Assembly (NCBI GenBank): GCA_038087875.1
Contig: CM075989.1
Span: forward strand, 18,850,001-18,914,000
Length of the DNA: 64,000 nt
Source: Malacoraja senta
Lineage: Eukaryota
Direction of reading: 5' to 3'
Shown here piece by piece: positions 1-11,100 of this stretch. Each line of letters opens with the position of its first letter. Positions within the stretch are counted from its first letter, which is position 1. The notes beneath the pieces were generated by a model that worked only from the letters and a program-made list of their open reading frames with translations, was not told the origin of the DNA and searched no databases. Both the position numbers and the translations under genes were made by a program.

Positions 1-1274
1 CTAAGTTATTGAGGTACAGTGTGCCCAATGGTTTCATGAGAAGGCCAAACATTCTGCAATTGACTTTTGATTAGGTCTTTCTATAAATTTGAACATCTGG
101 TTATTATCGCACTAAATCCCAGACATGTACCATCACGTTTAAATAAAGTATAGCTGTACACAATTAAGCATAAAGCAGATTTTAATCACCAAACCATTCA
201 TAGTTCAGTGTGAACGGAGAGATGATCATAAGATCAACAGTGGTGAGTAGAATTAGGCCATTCGGCCCATCAAGTCTACTACGACATTCAATCATGGCTG
301 ATCTATCTCTCCCTCCTAAACCGCACCCTCTCCATAACTCCTGACACCCATACTAATCAAGAATGATTGCACACAGAACTGGTCTTCAACTTCTTGTCAA
401 TCAGGAGATGTGACAAGGCTTGATAAATGAGATGTAATCAGGGATGTTTACATCAAATACAGTTTAAGAGACATTTGGACAGGTACGTGGATAGGATAGG
501 TTTAGAGGGTTATGGGCTAAGCATGGCCAGGTGGGATTCGTGTAGATGGGGCACGTTGGTCGGCATGGGCAAGTTGGGCCAAAGGGCCTGTTTCCATGGT
601 GTATGACACTGACTTCATGCAGCTTTTTGGATGAGGTGGTACTGACCCAGCACAATCACACCGGGACATTGAAAAGACCAGACTCTCCCTTTGCCAGTCG
701 AAAGTTATTAGAGTTTGAAGAAAGATAATCATGTTATTGGCAAATAACATCTTTTATTTAAAGGAAAGATTTGTTCAAATAGAACTTACTCCAACCATTT
801 CTTGTGCTGAATATTATTTTCCTACACCGTATGACACAGTTGTGTAGGTCTTTAAAGTGTTTCCTCCAGTCGACAATGACTGCCTGTATCTTTGATAACT
901 CCACCGCCATTTTCAATTGGCAATGGAATGAGAGCTTGCTCGTCTCCTGCCAGCGAGTTGTTGAGTTTTCAGTGTTCTTTACATCTTTCTTTTCTTTAGG
1001 TCCTCAGTTTTCTGCAGGTGACCTCCAAGATCAGGAACAGCTTCTCCCTAACAACCAACAGGCTATTGAACACCACAAAACACCAACAAAACTTTGAATT
1101 GTCTTGGTTGCACTCAGGACTTCCAGCTTTTTTTTTGCTTTGCACTAATATTGTTTTTTTTTTTTAATTTATTGAATAACTCTACTGCTGTGCCGCCCCA
1201 AGGTGAATTCCTAAGACGTTACAACTAAAAGACAAATCTCAATAATTTCTCTGGACTTCATCTCAGATACAATG

Positions 1275-1573
1275 GGCAGCACGGTGGCGCAGCAGTAGAG
1301 TTGCTGCCATCCTGCACCAGGGACCCGGGTTCGATCCTGACTACAGGTGCTGTCCGTAGGGAGTTTGTATGTTCTCCCCGGGACCTCGCAGGTTTTCTCC
1401 AGGTGCTCCGGTTTCCTCCCTCACTGCAAAGGCATACAGTTTGTAGGTTAATTTTCTTTGGGTAAAATTGTTAATTGGCCCTGGTGTGTAGGATAGTGTT
1501 AGTGTTCAGGGTCGCCGCGGATGCGGTGGGCCGAGGAGCGCATCTCCGTGCCGTATCTCTGAACTAAACTAAA
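1275..1573 (+). mobile_element. tRNA-derived HE1/V-SINE-type SINE (representative of about 20 copies)
   Basis: A-box GGTGGCGCAGCAGTAG, B-box GGTTCGATCC, V-domain-like core, CR1-like tail and (AACTA)n end. Other approximate copies: 2616-2925, 5775-6080, 14327-14600, 21238-21525, 22697-22973, 29020-29320, 37326-37565, 39145-39425, 39948-40225, 48592-48909, 60675-60965 (+); 42825-43230, 44535-44820, 56250-56540, 58983-59255, 59380-59720, 61650-61925 (-). Confidence 0.85.
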
Positions 1574-3206
1574 CACAAGAAAAACTATCCAAGAAGTATT
1601 TTTCTGTATCATTCTGCAGCAAATGAAACATTAAAGTGGTGTTGGTGCTTCAATCTAAAACACTTAATGACCACATCAAGGCAGCAAAATCAAGGAAGTC
1701 AGCGGGTCATGCAGTAAAATAATTTCTGCTTTAATAAAAATAAAGGTTGCTAAATTCATACGGTCTTAATGGATTAGCAACATTAATCTTCAAACAAATT
1801 ATTGACTGTGACAACAAAGACTTTATTTTGCCTAGACATTTTACTCATTGGGTACCTTTTAATGAAGAGTGTCACAGCATGTCCTGTTATTAATCATAGA
1901 CATTACGTTGGTTGCTGTGACTATTTTTTAAAAACATTCTCTTAGTCTAAGACATGTCGATACTTGTCACAGTCATGTGCATTCTCACTCAACCAGTTGC
2001 ACGTGAGCGAGCAGAATGAACGATGAAAAATACCTGCACAATAAGAAATTTTATATTTATATAAGTATATTTTATATTACTAGAGAACATTTGCAGAAGG
2101 CGAACTGTAAATTAGTTGCCCGACCTCTCCCTGTAGCTCAGGTTCTCCAGTTGAAGGGCAAATATCATCAAGAGTGTGAGATGCGCATTTGCAAGAAAGA
2201 GTGGGATGCAGGGGAACAGAGATAAAGGAGAGAATGGAACGAAAAGGAATTGCTCCTTGGCAAATTGTGAAAATATGTAAAATTCTCATCAGAGGCAAAG
2301 AAACACTTTCATATTCTTGGCATTCACTAAAGGGAAGATCGTTTAGAATGTATTTCCCCTTGAGTTAGATACTGATATCTTTTCCAAAATATTGTACTTA
2401 CCAGGTTGGACAATTCATCTCTCTCGCCGGTCTTGACGACAGCCATAAGCCGGTATATTAATCTGTGAAATTCCATGTCCTCAAAAGGGTGTACTAAATG
2501 TGTTATAGGGTAACTTGTTTCCCTTTAACCCCGATTCTGAAATTTGTGGATTGTAATACTCGCACATTACCATATTAAGCATCGGCATTTCGTAGTTGAA
2601 ATATATGAAGGCAGCACCGTGGCAGAGCTGGAAGAACCGCTGTCTCACGGCACCAGAGACCAGAGTTCAAACCTGACTTCAGGTGCTGTCCGTGTGGAGA
2701 TTGCATGTTTTCCCTGTGACCGCTTGAGTTTCCTCCGGGTGCTCCGGATTCCCCCCCACATCTCAAATATGCGCGGGTTTGTAGGTTATTTGGCCTCTGT
2801 AAAATAGCTGCGAATGTGTAGAAGGTGGGATAATATAGAACTAGTGGTGACAGGTGATCGAAAATCAGAGTGGACTCAAAAGGTCGATTAGCCTGTCTCC
2901 AGGCTGTACCTCTGCACTAAGCTAAAGCAATATAGCACAGAAAGAGGCCCTTTGGCCCACTTCACCCCTGCTGAGGATAGTACCTGTCTGTACTAATCCT
3001 TTGGTCAGCACTTGGTCTGTAGCCACCTGAACTTTGGCGACTCAAGTGCTTGTCTGGATACTTAAATATGTAAAGAGTACCTGCGTCGACCACCTACTGA
3101 CGATTCGAACTATACTCTCGGTGACAAAATTCTTCCTGAGATCCCATCCAATTTACAAACCCACGTCCTTGGGATGAGGGAAGAAACCGGAGCATCCGGA
3201 GGGAAC

Positions 3207-3346
3207 CCACGCAGTCACAGGGAGAATGTGCAAACTCCACAAAGTCAGCACCCGAGGAAAGGATGGAACCCGGATGGATCCGGGTTCCATCCTTTCCTCG
3301 GGTGCTGACTTTGTGGAGTTTGCACATTCTCCCCGTGACTGCGTGG
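3207..3346. repeat. Near-perfect palindrome, 69-bp arms, inside a minus-strand SINE
   Basis: 3207-3275 is the reverse complement of 3278-3346 with one mismatch; 2-nt spacer. Confidence 0.93.
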
Positions 3347-4982
3347 CAGCGGCTCTACCAGCTGCGACACTGTGCAAGAGAGAAAACGATAGTAACGTCA
3401 AACTATCATGAATTGAATATCTAACAAGGATCCATCCAAATTTCTATCTGCAAATGGATGACGGCATCGTTCCGCTCAAGCTGATGTGACCGCAGAGTGG
3501 TTGGAGAGCTCAATGGAAGTGAAAACATTCACGGAATAACTGAGCACATTGCAAAGGGAAGCATAATACTTCTGTACACCGAGAAATAAATCAAAGCAGA
3601 TATATCCAAAGAAATTATATTGAGCATTGCAGTCATTAAATTACAGATGTTTACAGAAGCCATAATTAAACATACTATATTTATTATGTATATACACACT
3701 CAACCATGCACATTATTAAACAGTGAAAACTGTACCACCGGTACCAAATAGGCTGATTATATTATACATGCATAAGGCTTTGGGTCAGTCTTGATAAACA
3801 CTATAACTTACATGCACAACTGCTCCGAAAGAGCTTGAAAACACTTCCCTGATTATTACTTTGATCTTGACCACAGTGCAAGAAATGAGAAGCAAACTCC
3901 CTTCGTTTAATTTTAGTGCAACAAATTAGTGAAGCTCTTGTAAGCAAATTAGTGTCACGTCTTGGAATACAGGAGCAATAAAACTTTGCAGCATCCGGAG
4001 GAAAAAATTAATTTTGCAATTTCAATGCAGCTTGCAATAAGAGAAGTGATGGAACGGGATTAAATATGCACAACTCGAAGCGATATCCCTGCACAGTTTG
4101 GAGCTTCTGTGCTCAAAAACTGGAAGTGTGTGATTCGGGGAAAAACAACCTTCCGGCATTTAATGAGTACTCCATGCATAAATGACTACAAGTTGCAGCA
4201 CAGACGGAATAAATTGATGATAGACACAAAACGGCGAAGAAACTCAGCGGGACAGGCAGCAACTCTGGAGGGAAGGAATAGGTGAAGAAGGGTTTCAGCC
4301 CGAAACGTCACCCATTCCTTCTCTCCAGAGTTTCTGCCTGTCCCGCTGAGTTACTCCAGCTTTGTGTGTCTATCGTCCGTCTAAACCAGCATCTGCAGTT
4401 CCTTCTTACACAAAATAAATTGCTGTTCATTTCAATGGAACTCCTAATTGAGAACTTCCAAGCTTGTTTTCAACTATTAATGAGCTAGACATGCTACAGT
4501 ACTCCAAGATACTTGGCATTCATCACAAAGTAGGAAGTACGTTTTTGTTTTCACAGTTCTCATATGCGCAAAACGTCAAACCTGGAATCAGAATACTACC
4601 ATGATTCAAAACGTTTTACCTTACATTGCAGTTTCCATACAGTGGCACTAGCCTAGAATTTCCATATTTAAAAAAAACTTTGGAAATGGAGAAACATTTG
4701 AACACCAACCGCTAGCAAATCTCAGGGAGCCTCCAAGAAGCAGTTTCAGTACAGAGTTGCTACTCCTGCTTGCTTTTATACTTTGAACGGCTCTTACAAT
4801 GGTTGACCATTATTCTTGTCACGTTGCTGTTCGGGAACAACCAACCTGCAGTGGCCTTGAACAACATGTCCTCATCAAACACCACAGCCACCTCGATTCC
4901 AATTAACGTGAGAAACATTGTCAAAACCAGTGAGGAAAACGCAAGCTGCCTGACTATTTCTGCCTCAGGTTTTTTGCTGAGC

Positions 4983-5143
4983 TTACATTTTTCGTATCAC
5001 CTTTTGGCACTCGTACAGCAAGCAGTCTGGAAGGACACCGCAACCTGATCGCAGCCACAGTGATAACGTCCCAGCGTGGAATCGACAGTGGAGTAAACAG
5101 GCCGTCGATGGAAGCAGCTGGCAGGACACAATCCCTTCTGTTC
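4983..5143 (-). CDS. AP4E1: AP4E1 exon 21, terminal coding part (161 nt including TAA)
   Basis: GTEGIVSCQLLPSTACLLHCRFHAGTLSLWLRSGCGVLPDCLLYECQKVIRKM*. Confidence 0.93.
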
Positions 5144-8100
5144 CTGCACACAAAGAGAACAGTTCATTTGGGCACAGTCGTGGAAAAAAACAAAAACGTG
5201 TCCACTAGGTTTGCTTTCCTCGACATCTCCCTCACAACTTGCATTCAAGAACTAAATGAAAACTGCAGCCAGCTTTCTGTGGTAAATTCCTGCACACAAG
5301 CATTGGAGTCACAGTGACTCCAACACACTTCAACTAACATGCGCAGCCGAGGAATTACACCACAGTTTCCAGGAAGTGGATTGAGGGATCTCATTCACAC
5401 AGTCCACACTATCCCTTGGGTTATGGCCATTTGGAGACCCTTACAAGAGATCATCACATAGATTCATCTAATTTTAATGTTCCCCTCCCTCACTTAGTAA
5501 CGACTTCTTGTAAACATTATCATATGTTCATCGACCTCAAAGTTGAGAACAAGTCAGAACCGAATGATCAAGGAACACACACAGCTAACAGACATTACTG
5601 AAGGCGGTTTTACAACACCAACTTTCTCTCTTTCAGCTATTGAAGTAGATGTGGTGTTTTAGTTATGGTTGAATTCTTAAATCCCAATAATGTTTTCATT
5701 CCAACTACTTCATGGGGTGTGTGAGGGTGGGCAGAGGAGAGCCATTGAGCATCCTTGATTATGATTTGCATAGTGGCTTGCACAGTGGTACAGCAGTTGA
5801 GTTGCTGCCTTACAGCACCAGAGACCTGGGTTCAATGCTGACTACGGGTGCTGTCTGAATGGAGTTTGTACGTTCTCCCTGTGACCACGTGGATTTCCTC
5901 CGGTTGCTCTGGTTTCCTCCCACATTCCAAAGACGTGCGGGTTTGTAGGTTAACTGGCTTCTGTAAACTGTCCCTAGTGCGTAGGGTAGAACTAGTATAT
6001 GGATGATTGCTGGTCGATGGTCGGGACGGACTCGGTGGGCCAAAGGGCCTGTTTTCATGCTGTGTCTCTAAACGAAGCTAAAATCCTCAATAGTTAAATA
6101 CTGAACTGTATCGGTAAGTGTTCAGCAAGGATAATGGGGAGTGGGGTGGGGGGGGGCAGGAGATACAGTTCACATTAAAACTAGCCAGTTGCTGGTCAGA
6201 TAGTCCGGTCCATCATCTGATGCCACTATCAGCAGACAGGAACTTGTCTACGCAAACATGCACAGATATATATGTACACACCCACCACTCTCTGTGCGAA
6301 AACGTGCCCTATACATCTCCTTTAAACTTTGCCCCTCTCACCTTAAAGCTGTGCTCTCTGGTCTTTGATTTTTCCATTCTGGGATAAAGGTCTGACTGTC
6401 TACTCTAATTATGCCTCATAATTCTAGATACTTTTATCAGGTTTCCCATCAGCCTCCGTTGTCCCAGAGAAAATAATCTTATTTTGTCTAACTTCTTTTT
6501 ATAGTGAATGCCCTCTGATCCAGGCAGCATTCTGGCACAAGTTCAATGAGTTATAAAATCTTTCTGAGATTATCCATATTAAATAACATCAAACAACACT
6601 GTCTGAAGAAGGGTTTCGGCCCGAAACGTCGCCTATTTCCTTCGCTCCATAGATACTGCCTCACCCGCCGAGTTTCTCCAGCATTTTTGTCTACTGTCAA
6701 AAGAGAAATGGCTCAGACTGGTTGATGGCACTTCCCATTATTTTAAACCTGGGAGTAACTCAGTGGGACAGGCAGCATCTCTGGAGAGAAGGAATAGGTG
6801 ACGTTTCAGGTTCCCTTCAGAACCAGAAACATCACCCTTTCCTACTCTCCAGAGATGTTGCCTGACCCGCTGGGTTGCTCCAGCATTTTGTGTCTAACTT
6901 CAGTGCAAACCATCTGCAGGTCCGTCCTACACATTATTTTAAACTTGTTGGGTGCACAAAGCTACTGGGTCACATCCCTGCACACATAAAGCCTGCTTAA
7001 AGTTATGGTCAAGTTTCACGAGTGAAGAAGGGTCTCGACCCAAAACGTCACATATTCCTTCTCTCCATAGATGCTCACTCAGCCGCTGAGTTTCTCCAGC
7101 ATTTTTGCCTACCGACGAGTATATCACTTCATTTCTACAACGTGTCAATAATCACTGGAGCAGGAATAGATGGGCATATTCTGGTCGCCAAGCTATAGTG
7201 AGGATGTCATTGAGATGGAAAGAGTGCAGAAACGAGTCACAAGGATTCACTGGCACTGGAGAGAAGGAAGGGTGACGTTTTGGGTCATGACCCTTCTTCA
7301 CTCATTGAAGAGGTATGGGCAGGTAAAATTACAACACTCAAAAGGCATTGGGACAGGTACAAGGATAGCAAAGGTCTGGAGGAAATTGTGCTAAATACAA
7401 GCAAATGGGACTAACCCAGGCAGGCAACTTGGTCGGCATGTACACGTTGGGCCAAAGGGCCTGTTTATATGATGTCATCTATAATTGATGTTATCTGATA
7501 ATTGGAACAAGACTACATTGTAACGGGGAATGTTTTCACAGCAGATTTCTGTACAGCACTGCCTGTATTGTTAAGTCATTTCAAGGTTATAAACGTGCAC
7601 ATTACCTACCTATGATAGCCACGGTGTGCAGCCGGAGCTCTTTCTGTAGAGTGTGAAGTGCTGACGTCAAAGCTTCCGATGACTTTGATGAGACGTTAAG
7701 ATTCTGTTTCACGTCGTTGGACAGTGAAAGCCAAAGGTTCCCAAATTCTTCAGTCGACAGCTTTAAAGGCCTGGAAGCAGACAGAGGCAGAAACACAGCT
7801 AACGTGTTTATTGTTATATTTAAAAAAACATGCATTTACATCAGCACACTGGTATTACAAAATAATCAGCCAACGTTTTAATTTAACTCTACTATTATCT
7901 ACCCCTAACATTCCAGGCAGAAGCCTCGACATTCCCTTTCTTGCTACAACATTCCACACTGAAGGTTGAGCACATCAAAGGCAAAAAACAAAGTGATTCC
8001 AAGAAAACAATAAAAGACACAAAGTGCTTGAGTAACTCAGCGGGTCACACGGCAACTCTGGATAACCTGGATAGCCAACGTTTTGAGCATCCATATCTCC

Positions 8101-11100
8101 TGCTATCCTACCCTCCTCCAGCACTTTTGTCTTTTTTTGTAAACCAGCATCTGCAGTTCCTAGTTTCTCCAAGAAAACATAACTCATCTTTACAAAAGAA
8201 CCAAGTGTACTGGAGTAACACAGTGAGTCAGCACGCAGGTCTGGAGGACATGGATAGGCGAGGTTTCAAGTCGGGACCATTCTTCAGACTAATTGTAGCA
8301 GTGAGGAGAAAGTTAGAAGAGAGGTGGGGGCAGCATTAAGCCTGGCAATTCTTGGGTGGATCCAGGCCAGAGGGGGGGGGGGGGGGGGGGGGTGGATCGG
8401 CAAATGGTTGGACAAAGGCCGGATACGATCAGCCATGTGAAAAGGGGATGAGGAGAGAAGAGGCATGAAATGTGAGATCAGAGGAAGAGATATAGGTGGA
8501 AGGAGACAGTGGGAGGAGGGAAGGGAGAGGAGGGTAGGATAGCAGGAGATATGCATGCGCATCCAGGTGGGACACAGGGAAGAGTGAGCGGGGGTTGGGG
8601 GTGGTTAAGCTCTCAATTAATTAAGATTTTTTAAAAATGGTGACAAATTATCTTTTTTATTATTTAAATTATGGAAAATCAGTTTGATTACAGCCAAAAA
8701 TCTGCAGCGATCTTTCCCCTTGTTAATATTTCCATACCATACAGACAGCACACTCAAGGAAAAGTGTATGAGATCAACTCTAAGACACAGGCTTTCCATA
8801 TCACCCTCGAAACGAAAATATCTGTTTACTCAATTGCTAGGATATAACTGCAACTGCTCGGACAGGAAGGCTCTGCAGAGGGTAGTGAGGGGAGCAGAGA
8901 AGATCATTGGCGTCTCCCTACCCTCGGTACAAGAACTGTTCCTGAGCCGCTGTCGGAAAAAAGCTCAGAGAATTGCCAAGGACAAACTGCACCCCCTCCA
9001 CATACACCTGGATCTCCTGCCATCAGGCAAGAGATATCGCAGCATCAAAGCCCGGACTACAAGACTGCTAAACAGCTTCCTGCCATATGCTGTGAGGCTG
9101 CTAAACAGCCACTCTGTACTCACAGTCACCTGATTCTGCGGCTTGGCACGGACACTATAATAACTGGCACTGGCCACTTCAATAACTGGCACTGGCCACT
9201 CAAATCAGCCACCCCGGACATGTTTATGATTGGTCTTACTGTATTTTAACGTTGTTTTTATCTATTTTAACTTTATACTGTTCCATCAGGGACTGGATTG
9301 TTTTTAGTGTTAATATGTGTGAAATGTTTTAAATTTCATGTGTGATGCCCTGGGAAACGTCTTTTCGTTTTGCACTGTACAACTGTTGCTTGCAAGATGA
9401 CAATAAAGGTTGAATTGAAATTGAATTGAAATTGAACTACTTAAGAGTCAAAAGTTAAAAATGTGTGATTGCAGAAATTAAAAGCAGCAACACAGTTTTG
9501 TGCTTAACTAATTGCAGATTATTAATTACTTCTTTAACCAAACTAAAAGTTTCTTTCATCAAATGGGCATTGATAAAGGTTGATGTGACACAGCATAACA
9601 AAACAACAATGTTAAATCATGTTGTTGAAACTAGTATATAATTTTTTTTATTTTATTTTAAAGAGTTTGACAGGAGAGATTCTCTCAGTTGTAGTGTCTG
9701 GACTAATGGGTCAGAGTGACAGGAAAAAGGGTTGGTCATTTAATGGGAGGTCAGATGAAATATGAGATGCAATGGAATTGTAATCCCTACCCACCAACTG
9801 GTCATGACACTCCAGAAGCACAAGCATCCAAGGTCAGGTCAATTTTCAAACTCCGCTGATAATTGAGATGAAGATAAAAGTGGGCGGGTATATGTCACCA
9901 GCAGAATGCCGGCACAGACCTTGGCATCCTCGTGTCATTAGCCGAGCTGGAAGCAAGTCGCACACCTGCCGGAGTCACCACCACTGCTGCATGCGGCTCA
10001 AAGACACCAACGATTGAAATGGAAACCTCTCACAGATTTCACTGTTGCCCTTGCTAAAGATAATGCGACCATTGGGATTGTTAATCCTGAGTGTTCGGAC
10101 AAAAGATGATCTTTCACCAAGAAGAAATTCAGCAGAATTCTTCGTAAGAACGTAAATAGAAGTAGGCGGTATAGTTCAAGTGTAACACAAAATGCTGGAG
10201 GGTCAGGCAGTTTCTGTGGAGGGAATGGACAGACAGTTTTTCAGATCGGGACCCTTCTTCAGACCATCTGAGGATGGGTCCCAACCAACTTTGCATTCAA
10301 GACCAATATACCATTTGCCCTCCAACTGGTTATATCCGCACACAAATTGTATAATTCATATCCAAGGGCCCCCAATTCCCATAGAACTCCAACATTAACT
10401 AGTCTCTAGTGCTAGAGTATCTCAGCGGGTCGGGCAACATCTCTGGACAAGATTGAGAGTTGACGGTTCAGGTTGGAACCTTTCTTCAGACTGATTGTGC
10501 TGGGGAAGGGGGGGGTGGGGGAGGAAGATGGGGGGGACAAAGTCCGATAAGGTAGATACAGGCGGGGGGGGGGGGGGGGATTGATAGGCAGATGGTTGGA
10601 CCAAGGCCAGTGGTGAAATTACAAAAGGTGTGAGACAAGGATAGAAGAGTGAAGCTGGAGGATCAGTCACAATCAGTCTGAATAAGGGTCCGGTCTCATA
10701 ATATCACTTATCCATGTTCTCCAGAGATGCTGCCTGACCCGCTGAGTTTCCCCAGTACTTTGTATCTGTTTTTCTTTTGTAAACCAGCATCTGCAGTTCC
10801 TCGTTTCTACATTGCTGGATGGGGGAGCAGTCTAGATTCAAGACAGGGATATCTGAGATCTGCATCTTGTTTTCCTCTTTGTAACATTCAATGGTCTGTC
10901 ACTGACTGCCTGAGAATACCCACATTCAGTTTGCAGCTCATCATTCTCTACTGAACAAATCAAAGACATTTTATAGCAAATGCTCCATAATTAGAATTGT
11001 GAGATAAGCTTATGCACGAGGAAAGGGCATTTTTAGGGATAATTATAATTTTGGTGCATTTTAGTTCTCGTACCTGATAAAGTCAGTTAAGAATAAAGCT

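Noticed and set aside
790..1010. Minus-strand open stretch ending at a GTAAGT donor-like site
   Set aside because: The translation (..IKD..AVIVDWRKHFKDLHN) looks like a decayed LINE ORF2 fragment, and there is no convincing acceptor.
1275..1345. tRNA gene candidates (A/B boxes)
   Set aside because: They are tRNA-derived SINE heads that continue into the SINE body and tail.
1..4900. Expected TNFAIP8L3 coding sequence left of AP4E1
   Set aside because: No TNFAIP8-family peptide found in any frame; if present it lies outside the window.
8684..9133. 149-aa ORF as a nested antisense gene
   Set aside because: C-terminus of a Rex1/Babar-like LINE ORF; a second copy lies at about 57.1-57.5 kb.
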